Shown: positions 47,313 to 55,309 of the stretch, piece after piece | Layout of the letters: each line of letters begins with the position of its first letter | How positions within the stretch are numbered: position 1 is the stretch's first letter | IMG/VR virus record: IMGVR_UViG_3300044825_000282 | Span: 1 to 60,232 of that record | Strand: one strand, 5' to 3' | Length of the DNA stretch: 60,232 nucleotides | From: a virus | Lineage: Duplodnaviria > Caudoviricetes | Notes under the pieces: generated by a model | The model's input: only the letters and a program-made list of their open reading frames with translations | What the model was told of the DNA's origin: nothing | Databases searched by the model: none | Position numbers and translations under genes: made by a program

Positions 47313-48815
47313 TCAGTAATATGCCGCCTTGCGGGGCATAAACGAACCCTCAACTTCGTCTGAGTCAAGTTGGATAAAGCCACCCTGCCTGAAGCGAAGC
47401 AATGCTTGGGTCGTTGAGTCCACCAAGTCATCGTGGTCGCCGTTAGGAAATGAGGCGAGTTCCTCCACCAATTCATCAGCCCAGCGCGTTTCGGGTCTCC
47501 AAACCATGCCCGACGCAAAAAGATCAGACACGGCGTTTACACGGGCTATCTTATCTGACCCTTTGCTCGGTGTGTACTCCGCGATGGGGATGCCCATCCT
47601 TCTCATTTCGTAGATGAGTGGCGCTCCAGCCGCCTTTTTCTCCACAATGAGCGTGTCTGGGTTCCACTCTTTCCAGAATTCGAAGGCGGTTCTTTTGAGT
47701 TCGGGGAACTCCATGCGCTCTTTAAACGCATCCAGAACAATGATGTTGGCGACTTCGTTTCCTTCGACATCGCGATAGAACACTCCCCATGTGGTACAGG
47801 CCGAGTAGTCAGCCCTGTTGCTCTTTTCGAAAGCCGTATCCCACGACTGGATGATGTAATCGACCTGCGGAGGACGTTCTCCCTCCCAAATCTTCCACAT
47901 CTCCCGCTTGATGATGGCCCCTTCTTCGGAGGTGGGGTTCTGCTGGTACTGTGCTTCCCACTTTCCCACGGGGAGTTCGGCCTTGATGGCTTCCAATTCC
48001 TCTTGCCGCCAGAATTCTTGCCATAGGGGTTTACCCGAAGGCAGCAAAGCGGGCAGTTCGATGACCTCCCAGTCCTCCAAATCCTTCTTGGCGGCAGCAT
48101 TGAGAATCTGACCGGTCAAATCGCGCTTGGACCAGCGGGTCATGACGATCACAATCGCCCCTCCCGGCTGTAAACGCTGACGTGGACCGGAGGAATACCA
48201 CTCATAGACCCGGTCATACACTGCCGGATTGCCTTGCATGGCCTCTTGTTCGCTGTGCGGGTCGTCAATGATCAGCACATCCGCGCCTTTACCGGTCACT
48301 GCACCCCCAACACCGATGGCGAAGTAGTCGCCGCCCTTGGAAGTGTTCCACCGACCGGCGGCTTTCGAGTCTGCCGACATCTTGGTGGGGAAAATCTCTT
48401 GGTAGTCGGGCGATCCGACCAGATTTCGCACCTTTCGACCGAAACCGACCGCCAATTCAGCGGTGTGGGCGGTCTGAATGATCTTCTTTTCGGGGAACAT
48501 ACCCAGAAACCACGCCGGAAACAGGTAGGAGGCGAACTCCGACTTGGTGTGCCGGGGTGGCATATTGATGATCAGGCGTTTTAACTCACCCCGAGCCACC
48601 CGCTCAAAGGCATCTGCCATGATTTGGTGGTGTTTTCCGGGGATGAAGGCCGACCACATCTGCCGCACGAAGGGCATGAAGTTCTGTCGGCAGCGTTCGC
48701 GCTTGTCTGCTTGCAGCAGGGTGTTGATTTTCTCGATCTCGGGAGAGCCTTCTGGCAGCGTATCGAGCAGTGCCAGATATTGCTTGACCTCTTCCCGGGT
48801 GAGTAGATCGCTCAT
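47313..48815 (-). CDS. terL: terminase large subunit
   Basis: PPRHTKSE Walker A, LIIDDPH Walker B, VMTRW, SWDTA and HDDLVDS nuclease motifs. Confidence 0.95.
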   Translation of the reverse strand: MSDLLTREEVKQYLALLDTLPEGSPEIEKINTLLQADKRERCRQNFMPFVRQMWSAFIPGKHHQIMADAFERVARGELKRLIINMPPRHTKSEFASYLFPAWFLGMFPEKKIIQTAHTAELAVGFGRKVRNLVGSPDYQEIFPTKMSADSKAAGRWNTSKGGDYFAIGVGGAVTGKGADVLIIDDPHSEQEAMQGNPAVYDRVYEWYSSGPRQRLQPGGAIVIVMTRWSKRDLTGQILNAAAKKDLEDWEVIELPALLPSGKPLWQEFWRQEELEAIKAELPVGKWEAQYQQNPTSEEGAIIKREMWKIWEGERPPQVDYIIQSWDTAFEKSNRADYSACTTWGVFYRDVEGNEVANIIVLDAFKERMEFPELKRTAFEFWKEWNPDTLIVEKKAAGAPLIYEMRRMGIPIAEYTPSKGSDKIARVNAVSDLFASGMVWRPETRWADELVEELASFPNGDHDDLVDSTTQALLRFRQGGFIQLDSDEVEGSFMPRKAAYY

Positions 48816-49042
48816 AGAGTCAGCATCTTCTCAACGGAGCGGTCGCGCAGTTTCATGGTGCGCACCTTATGGGGAGTGGTTACCAGCAGCCCCTTTTCCT
48901 CAAGGCTGTGGATAATCCTGTGGATATTTGAGCGCGACTTCAGTCCCATCCCCGAGGCGATGTCCTGCATAGAAGGCGCGAATCCCTTCATTTTGATGTA
49001 GGTCTGGATAAATTCCAGAACCGCTCGCTGGCGCTCAGTCAC
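48812..49042 (-). CDS. LexA-type winged-HTH protein, DNA-binding domain only
   Basis: MTERQ..VLEFI..G.APS..DIA..GLKSRSNIHRII.SLEEKG; 76 aa, no S24 peptidase domain. Confidence 0.88.
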   Translation of the reverse strand: MTERQRAVLEFIQTYIKMKGFAPSMQDIASGMGLKSRSNIHRIIHSLEEKGLLVTTPHKVRTMKLRDRSVEKMLTL

Positions 49043-49072
49043 ATCCGCTCCTCGGTTTAAACGATTAAGCGG

Positions 49073-49101
49073 AGTTTAAACACGAACAAGCGTTCGTGCA
49101 A
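49073..49101 (-). promoter_or_regulatory. sigma70 promoter with palindromic operator CACGAAC-N4-GTTCGTG
   Basis: TTGCAC-N17-TAAACT; operator 49081-49098 fills the spacer; GTTTAAAC at 49074 and 49055. Confidence 0.8.
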
Positions 49102-49118
49102 GTGTTTTTTTGGAAACG

Positions 49119-50081
49119 TTACTTGAACTGCTGCGCGAACTGGAGCAGATGGGGGTGGCGGTCGAGTTCGCCTTGGTCGTACAGGTTGGCTGTTTCAATG
49201 CAGCGCATCAGGAAAAGGTCTTGCTCGGACAGCGGCGAACCGTCCTTCAAGTCGTCCGGCCTATTTAAACGCGCAAACAAGCGAACGATCCGATCTACTT
49301 CATCCCCGAAGGAATCCTTGACTAAGGTGCTTTCCCACGGGAGACAAGCATCTTTGTAGGCGTTCGTGCCGAAGACGGAGTGAAGTCCCCCTGCCACCGC
49401 GAGGATGTCTCCGATTCCTACCGACTTCATGAGGTGAAAGACCCGAAGCAGATGGTCAGCCAGACTGCCGCCCTTGTGGGGCTTTTGGTGTGCGCCGATG
49501 TTGAGCAGAAATGCCTTGAGGAGGATTTCCGATGTGTAGGCTTCCTTGGGATCGATGGCGAACTTGAACATCAAGGTCAGCCGTGCCTTGTTGCAGATGC
49601 GACTGACGGGCTTGGCACAGTGCGGAATCGCGCCCGGGAAGACCACAAGTCTGCCGATCTTGGGGATGACGCTCAATAGGACTGCCGAGCGGTCGTGGTT
49701 GTAGAAAGAGGTCTCTCCACCCCAGTTCGCGTCCCACTCCCGGTTCATGTAGATGACGCAGGTCTGGTCTTCTGCCCGGTCAGTGTCGGTGTGTATGTAG
49801 CCCTCGGTCCCGAAGGTGTGCTGGTTTGCGTAGCAACGAACGAGCGTTGCCCCGGGAAACTCGGCGAGGAGTTTCTTCCAGACGTAGCGGAAAGGCTTGG
49901 GCAATCTGGAAGAGACATCTACGGTGTTTTTGACTCCACCGCGACCGATGTCTACGTTCCAGTGCCCAAAAGAAATGTCCTTGTCGGACTTCCAGCCATA
50001 CGTCCACGGCGCTTTGTGCAGCCAGTCGATGCAGGGCTGGAGTTCCTCTGGGGAGAGGATGTCCTCACGAACAAAGATCAT
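49119..50081 (-). CDS. 2OG-Fe(II) oxygenase fused to an HD-like (DUF6817-like) domain
   Basis: HTD..WGGET..PHCA..RLTL; C-terminal H.GGSLADHL..AGGLHSVFGT. Confidence 0.8.
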   Translation of the reverse strand: MIFVREDILSPEELQPCIDWLHKAPWTYGWKSDKDISFGHWNVDIGRGGVKNTVDVSSRLPKPFRYVWKKLLAEFPGATLVRCYANQHTFGTEGYIHTDTDRAEDQTCVIYMNREWDANWGGETSFYNHDRSAVLLSVIPKIGRLVVFPGAIPHCAKPVSRICNKARLTLMFKFAIDPKEAYTSEILLKAFLLNIGAHQKPHKGGSLADHLLRVFHLMKSVGIGDILAVAGGLHSVFGTNAYKDACLPWESTLVKDSFGDEVDRIVRLFARLNRPDDLKDGSPLSEQDLFLMRCIETANLYDQGELDRHPHLLQFAQQFK

Positions 50082-50287
50082 GCAAGGTCGAGGTCCGATT
50101 GTTCGGGGGCTTTGTAGTTCTCGATCTTGATGCCCATCTCCATCGCGTTGACGAGGTCATCTTGAGTCGCCACGCGCACGGTCAGCAGTTGATTGGCTGC
50201 GTGAGAGAGGGCTTGCTGGCGCACGGTAGCACGAACAAGACGGACACCGTTAGGTGTGCCTACGAGGTAGATACGGGTTTGGGCCAT
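50078..50287 (-). CDS. hypothetical protein (MAQTRIYLV...)
   Basis: AAGGA RBS; RLVRA..QALSHAA motif. Confidence 0.7.
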   Translation of the reverse strand: MAQTRIYLVGTPNGVRLVRATVRQQALSHAANQLLTVRVATQDDLVNAMEMGIKIENYKAPEQSDLDLA

Positions 50288-50322
50288 TTGCAGTTCCTTC
50301 AGGCTTGTTTTTTGTGCCCTCA

Positions 50323-50351
50323 ATGATACTGCGAACGTTCGTGCTTGTCAT
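50323..50351 (-). promoter_or_regulatory. sigma70-like promoter with CGAACGTTCG palindrome in the spacer
   Basis: ATGACA-N17-TATCAT. Confidence 0.65.
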
Positions 50352-50830
50352 GTGCTTTTTGCATCTTTCTGGACGATAGGGCGCATCTTCTTGGCGCGGT
50401 ATTCTTTTTCGACCAGATTGATGGCTTGGTCCAAATCCTTGACTGTGATTACTTCCAGTTGCGCGTCATGCAACTCGCAGATGACGTTCAGGGCGTTCAT
50501 CTCATCTGCCTTCAGGATGAAGCGGTTGGTGTCTTTCCCCCGGACTGCCACCGCATGGAGGGCATCCAGACCGTTCTTGACTTCTTCGGCATACTCCTTA
50601 CCGAACCCCAGCCGGTACAGGGCTTCGACAATGTTGACCATGCTGATCAAGGTGTCGATGTCTTGCCGGGTGGCTTTGCCCTGAGTCAGGTTGGACAGGG
50701 CGAGATGGTTTCTGATCTTCAGGTTCAGGGCGTGGGAGCCATGCGAGCGGACCGGCTCCATGCCTTCCAAGACGTAGCCAATTGGGTTTTGCAGGATTGG
50801 TTTGGGGCGGTACTTACTTCTCTTGCGCAT
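50348..50830 (-). CDS. hypothetical phage protein
   Basis: 160-aa ORF MRKRSKYRPK... Confidence 0.75.
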   Translation of the reverse strand: MRKRSKYRPKPILQNPIGYVLEGMEPVRSHGSHALNLKIRNHLALSNLTQGKATRQDIDTLISMVNIVEALYRLGFGKEYAEEVKNGLDALHAVAVRGKDTNRFILKADEMNALNVICELHDAQLEVITVKDLDQAINLVEKEYRAKKMRPIVQKDAKST

Positions 50831-50948
50831 ATTTCAGGTAGACGTACAGCGCCAGTGCGAGAACTGCCATCATGAGACCGGCCCCCATCAGGACCAACCC
50901 AACCTCGGAGAGCAGGATGCCAAGTTCGTACCACTGAAAATTAGTCAT
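50814..50948 (-). CDS. small membrane protein (44 aa, MTNFQWYE...; not in ORF track)
   Basis: GGAGGC RBS; single long hydrophobic helix. Confidence 0.6.
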   Translation of the reverse strand: MTNFQWYELGILLSEVGLVLMGAGLMMAVLALALYVYLKYAQEK

Positions 50949-51165
50949 TGTCTCTGCCTCCATTCATGGTCCAGTCTTCTGCCCTTTTGACCATGAACAA
51001 GCCCTCTGCCCGGGTCATCCGAGAGGATCGCACAAAAAGGTCGCCGTCCTGATCGTAGCCAATGATCATCACGTCAGTCAGGTCTGCCTTCAGCGCGGAG
51101 TTCAATGCTTGCTCGGCGCTGTAGTTGGTGCTGGCGGGCAGATCAATTACCTTGTTGTTGTTCAC
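50941..51165 (-). CDS. hypothetical protein
   Basis: DVMIIGYDQDGDL motif; operon packing. Confidence 0.65.
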   Translation of the reverse strand: MNNNKVIDLPASTNYSAEQALNSALKADLTDVMIIGYDQDGDLFVRSSRMTRAEGLFMVKRAEDWTMNGGRDND

Positions 51166-51427
51166 TTCTCGCCCTTACAAATTGTTCGATGTGCCACAGG
51201 GCAAGATCGTACCCCTCCGAGAACATCGGGTGTCGGTCTTCCTCGTTGCCGGTCAGTGCTTCAAGAGTGTCCAGCAGTGCTTGCCGGTCGGCTGCGGTGA
51301 TCAAATCAGCAAAGGCTTTCAAGTCCTCCGGGCAGGTGAAGAGCCAGTAGTTCTTGCCCATCAGGGGTCTGAACTCTTCCAGTGCCCCAGCCTCTTGAGC
51401 CATGCGGATGATGCTGTCTTGAGTCAT
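51143..51427 (-). CDS. hypothetical protein
   Basis: IIRMAQEAG..FADLI; ATGA coupling. Confidence 0.7.
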   Translation of the reverse strand: MTQDSIIRMAQEAGALEEFRPLMGKNYWLFTCPEDLKAFADLITAADRQALLDTLEALTGNEEDRHPMFSEGYDLALWHIEQFVRARSEQQQGN

Positions 51428-51609
51428 GCGTTGTAGTCCTGACTTGATCCCTCAAGGGTAACGCGCCAGACGATGAAGTTCTGTTCTTTGCTGCGGTCGA
51501 TCAGCCACTCCTGAAACTGCTTGATCAAAAGGTCATTCTGCAACGGTGTAAACGATGCCACCTTGGCGGTGAACTGGATGTCTTGTGTCACTGCTTGTAC
51601 GCTGCTCAT
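51424..51609 (-). CDS. hypothetical protein (MSSVQAV...)
   Basis: AAGGAG RBS; ATGA coupling. Confidence 0.65.
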   Translation of the reverse strand: MSSVQAVTQDIQFTAKVASFTPLQNDLLIKQFQEWLIDRSKEQNFIVWRVTLEGSSQDYNA

Positions 51610-51974
51610 GTGTTCTTCTCCTTCAGTTTGGCTTCGATGGCGCGGGCGAACTCCCACCAATCATCGTCCTTCACAAATTCAGGATGCACAGGCGGCGCGT
51701 GCTTTAATTCCAACATCTCAAGTTCATCATCCGTCAGCCCCACCCACTCGCGGCGCGGCGTGTGCCACGGCTCCCATCCGCAGTCAGGCCCGCGCTTCAT
51801 CCTGCGCTCAACAAGTACGTTGTCCTTGTAGATTTCTTCCCACTGCCAAACATCCTGCTCCGGCTGCGCCAGCCTCTCGCGCAGGGCGGTGATGAGTATT
51901 CTGGTGGTGTTCGCATCCACCGGCACGATGGCTCCGGGTTGCAGCCACTGCTTCACAAGTTCTTGCTCAGTCAT
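51606..51974 (-). CDS. hypothetical protein (MTEQELV...)
   Basis: WVGLTDDE..FARAIEAKLKEKN motif common in proteobacterial phages. Confidence 0.7.
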   Translation of the reverse strand: MTEQELVKQWLQPGAIVPVDANTTRILITALRERLAQPEQDVWQWEEIYKDNVLVERRMKRGPDCGWEPWHTPRREWVGLTDDELEMLELKHAPPVHPEFVKDDDWWEFARAIEAKLKEKNT

Positions 51975-52150
51975 TTCTCTGCCCCATGAATCCACTTCCT
52001 CGGTGGGTAAGCCATGCCTCCAAGGAAGGCTGCTGCCAGCATCCACCAGCCGCTGTGATCAAGCACGAACACTGCATACCCGGCTCCCCCGAAGATCAGC
52101 CCCTCCCAGAGGATGATGTAGATCAGGTACGTCCAGTAGGCACTGCTCAT
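51971..52150 (-). CDS. small membrane protein (MSSAYW...)
   Basis: two hydrophobic segments; ATGA coupling. Confidence 0.65.
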   Translation of the reverse strand: MSSAYWTYLIYIILWEGLIFGGAGYAVFVLDHSGWWMLAAAFLGGMAYPPRKWIHGAEK

Positions 52151-52485
52151 ACCATCACCCTTTCTGGTGTCCGAATGTCCCAGCCTATGGGCCTCCACAG
52201 GTGCAGACAGTTCGGGTGGTTGTTCACATACTCTGCCTTGGGCGGGTGGAACTGGACCACACAGTCCTCATCGTCCCAAAACAGGTCTTTGATCTGGCAC
52301 ATCTCGTCCCAAGTCGGGACTCGGTCCTTCCGGCTGACACTGACGTGTTCCCAGCCGCCCCCTGCCGAAGCAATGACCCGGACCATCTGGTTGTGCTTCA
52401 GGGTGACGATAAACGCCCCACAGGTCTCATCTCCCGGTGGGTAGCCATCAAGGTGTATCCGAAATTTTTCAGGCATTTTGAACAT
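52147..52485 (-). CDS. conserved phage protein (MFKMPEK...)
   Basis: GWEHVSVS..PTWDEMC.IKDLF..YVNNHPNCLHLW. Confidence 0.8.
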   Translation of the reverse strand: MFKMPEKFRIHLDGYPPGDETCGAFIVTLKHNQMVRVIASAGGGWEHVSVSRKDRVPTWDEMCQIKDLFWDDEDCVVQFHPPKAEYVNNHPNCLHLWRPIGWDIRTPERVMV

Positions 52486-52519
52486 CGCAACTCCATGCTT
52501 GCCTTTTGTGTAGGAGTCA

Positions 52520-52548
52520 ATGATAGTGCGAACGTGTGTTCGCATCAA
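52520..52548 (-). promoter_or_regulatory. sigma70 promoter with operator TGCGAAC-N4-GTTCGCA
   Basis: TTGATG-N17-TATCAT; palindrome at 52527-52544. Confidence 0.75.
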
Positions 52549-52797
52549 GTATTTTTATGCAAAGTACCCCCCGGGGGTGACGAAATGTAAACGCTGGATG
52601 TTTATACAGAAGTTAGGGGGTTTAGCCTGACCCGATAACTCTCTAGAAAGGGGTGGGGGGTGCGAACGTCTGCACTCCGTGCAGATACAGCCTGTCGGCT
52701 TTCTGGTGTGTATATGCGAACGTTCGTATTGGAAAGGGGAAGTGGTGGAATGTGTGGATTAGAGCGTATAGGGTGGAGGGGTGGCCTTGCGCGTACA

Positions 52798-52828
52798 GGG
52801 GGGTCGGGGGCGGGTGGGGGTCGCGGGG
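52798..52828 (+). other. G-quadruplex-capable G-tract cluster in non-coding DNA
   Basis: G6-TC-G5-C-G3-T-G5-TCGC-G4. Confidence 0.7.
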
Positions 52829-52957
52829 AGGCCCACATAACGAGCCATGCCCCCATCGCACCGGCATAACGGAGCAGTCAGCGCCGCTCTGATCTGCACT
52901 CACGCGCCCAGCGCCACGCACTGCATGAGCACTGCCCCTCCCCCAGCACTGCCTAGG

Positions 52958-53599
52958 TTAGGCACTGCGTTTCTCAGTCTGCTTAACACTCTCAAGCACA
53001 CGGAGATGCCCACGCAGTTCGTCCTTCAGTTGCTGGACATTCACCTGCTGGACCTTCTGGTCCACATTGTCAGTGAACATTGCCACCGCTCTGCCCATGA
53101 GTTCCAGCGCCTTGAGTTCTGCCGACTCGGTCTTGGCGTTGAGCACCCTGTCGTGTAAACGCTCCATCACGAATCGACGGGTCTTGACTGCGTCTTCGAT
53201 CACCTTTTCTTTGAGCGCCTCATCGAGAGACCCCAGAAGCGCAGTGATCCTCGCATCCTTCAGGAGTTTGTTCGCATTGGCAATGATCGATGCATCGTTC
53301 TCTGTTCGTGAGTTGTACGCCGAGCGATACGCTTCCACCTTGGTCTTCCCTGACAGGATGGCGTTGACGAACAACTGCATCTGAGGCGTGAGTCTTCTTC
53401 CCTTCTGTTCTACGGGAACTCCCCACACCTTGCCTGTCTTTGTCTTCTTCTCTCGTATCTTTGCCACTGCCGCCTGTACGCCTTCGGCAGGGTTCCCCGG
53501 CTCGTTCGTGCTTGCGTGAGGATCGTCCTCGGTGATCGCATCACTCTCCAGCAGTTCGATCAGTTTGTCTCGCTTGGTCATTCGTGCCCCTTTCAACAC
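52958..53599 (-). CDS. terminase small subunit-like protein
   Basis: LTPQMQLFV..GKTKVEAYRSAY..ANKLLKDARI..KALELMGR..MFTD pattern; true start may be ATG 53581. Confidence 0.75.
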   Translation of the reverse strand: MLKGARMTKRDKLIELLESDAITEDDPHASTNEPGNPAEGVQAAVAKIREKKTKTGKVWGVPVEQKGRRLTPQMQLFVNAILSGKTKVEAYRSAYNSRTENDASIIANANKLLKDARITALLGSLDEALKEKVIEDAVKTRRFVMERLHDRVLNAKTESAELKALELMGRAVAMFTDNVDQKVQQVNVQQLKDELRGHLRVLESVKQTEKRSA

Positions 53600-53890
53600 T
53601 CAAACACCCGTTCGTGCTCTCATTCGCACTCGGGTTCATGCAACCAACCTTCGCTTCGTTTACACGGCCTGTCAAGAGTTGTTCGCGCCTCTGGCATCCC
53701 CAAGCACTCCCTCTGGCTACCCAAAGCACCTGCCCTGCACTCCCTGACGGTCTTCCCTCTGGTCTCCCTCTGACGCATCCGACTGCCGCCCTTCGGGCAT
53801 CTGGACCCGGCTTGGAACAACCCCACGGATTAGTCGGGATTGGTTCTCCCTCGTGGATTCCCCTCTGTAGACCGATGCTTGCACGGGGGG

Positions 53891-53919
53891 TTGCGTTCGT
53901 GCTTGTATCCGTTTAAACT
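53891..53919 (+). promoter_or_regulatory. sigma70 promoter of the early arm; -10 lies within GTTTAAACT, GTTCGTG half-site at -35
   Basis: TTGCGT-N17-TAAACT. Confidence 0.6.
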
Positions 53920-54007
53920 TGCGTTTCGTTGGACGGCTTTGATGAGTGACTCGCAACCACTCTATGCCCGAGCAGGACAGCCGGTGAGGTACACGGCTTC
54001 CGACTGG

Positions 54008-54122
54008 TCACCCACCTACACACTCAGGGGACCGACAGGAAGCAACCAGCCCTCATCACCTAGTGAGACACCTACCACGGTGCAAGCACCTCTCACGCTC
54101 ACCCACCTACACCTTCAGGGGA
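54008..54122 (+). repeat. 24-bp imperfect direct repeat TCACCCACCTACAC-NN-TCAGGGGA (54008 and 54099)
   Basis: 22/24 identical by eye. Confidence 0.75.
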
Positions 54123-54286
54123 GCAAGCACAGTGCAACGCACCGCGCCTGACCGGCGCACAGATGGCAAGGCTCTCACCCCATGCATCGCCCTCGTGGAT
54201 AAGGGCGGCAAGGGATTTCCCTTCAAGCACATTCGCTGAGTGTGCTTGTGGATGCAATCCCGCATCACTCACCGGAGGCTATCACC

Positions 54287-54484
54287 ATGAACACATTCGA
54301 CGCTGTAGGCATTGCAGAGGGCTGGATCGAGGCCGACTCGCAGGAGCAACTCATCGAGGCTTGGCAACTGCTCGTTGACACCGGCCTGTGCTGGCAACTG
54401 CAAGGCTGGTTCGGACGCACTGCCCAGCACCTCATTGCAGAGGGTGTCATCTCCCCTGCCAACCGTTCAACTCAGGAGGCTTGA
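54287..54484 (+). CDS. conserved small phage protein (MNTFDAVG...)
   Basis: GGAGGCT RBS; [20 protein letters not shown] motif. Confidence 0.8.
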   Translation: MNTFDAVGIAEGWIEADSQEQLIEAWQLLVDTGLCWQLQGWFGRTAQHLIAEGVISPANRSTQEA

Positions 54485-54487
54485 ATC

Positions 54488-54718
54488 ATGACCATCCGCA
54501 ACACTGACGCTTTCATCCTGTCCTGCTTCGCAGAGGACGTTCGTGCCATCCCCGATCTGCACAAGCAGACGATCCCCGCAGGACAGATGCTGGTGGACAT
54601 CGCCAGCCGCTACCTCACCCGACTCACCAACGCTGGTCACTCCAGCGCGGACGCCCTCTCCCTGCTCAACGCAGTGGTGAACGACATCCGCTCCAACCAT
54701 GCAACTCAGGAGGCTTAA
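54488..54718 (+). CDS. hypothetical protein
   Basis: AGGAGG RBS. Confidence 0.75.
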   Translation: MTIRNTDAFILSCFAEDVRAIPDLHKQTIPAGQMLVDIASRYLTRLTNAGHSSADALSLLNAVVNDIRSNHATQEA

Positions 54719-54721
54719 ACA

Positions 54722-55288
54722 ATGCACACCAACCGTGAAGAGTGGCTCAACGCCGCCGTCGAGGAACTCCGTCCGATCTTCGACTCGATCAACTACGCCC
54801 TGCCGGATCGCATTCGTGTGACCTGCGGATTCCCCTCCAGCCGTGCCCGTGCGAACAACGCCTTCATCGGTGAGCACTGGTCCCCTGCGGCATCGAACGA
54901 CAACCACCACGAGATTCTGATCTCGCCTGTCGTTGACGATCCCCTGCAAGTGTTCGCCACGCTGGTCCACGAACTGGCCCACGCCGCCACTGACGGTGAC
55001 GGTCACGGCAAGCGGTTCACCAAGTGCGTCCGCTCCCTCTGGCTGGAAGGCAAGCCCACCGCCACGGTGGCGGGTGACACCTTCAAGCAGAACTTCGCCA
55101 ACCTGCTCCAGTCGCTCGGCGCTTACCCCCATGCCCGTTTAAACATCGAGGCAGTGCGGAAGAAGCAAAGCACCCGGATGCTCAAGGCTTGCTGCCCGTC
55201 CTGCGGGTACACCGTTCGCCTGTCTCAGTATTGGGCGAACCAAGGGCTACCTACCTGCCCGAATGATCGCAACACCCTGTCCCTGTAA
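54722..55288 (+). CDS. SprT-like zinc metalloprotease
   Basis: TLVHELAH..GHGKRF; C-terminal CPSCGY..C Zn ribbon. Confidence 0.85.
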   Translation: MHTNREEWLNAAVEELRPIFDSINYALPDRIRVTCGFPSSRARANNAFIGEHWSPAASNDNHHEILISPVVDDPLQVFATLVHELAHAATDGDGHGKRFTKCVRSLWLEGKPTATVAGDTFKQNFANLLQSLGAYPHARLNIEAVRKKQSTRMLKACCPSCGYTVRLSQYWANQGLPTCPNDRNTLSL

Positions 55289-55309
55289 CACTTCATCGGA
55301 GGCTAAACC

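Noticed and set aside
52602-52921. Short ORFs across the G-rich island
   Set aside because: Pro/Gly-rich translations of homopolymer tracts without convincing RBSs; most likely non-coding.
53938-53960. Hammerhead ribozyme core (TGATGAG)
   Set aside because: Lacks the CUGAUGA start and a correctly placed GAAA with flanking stems.
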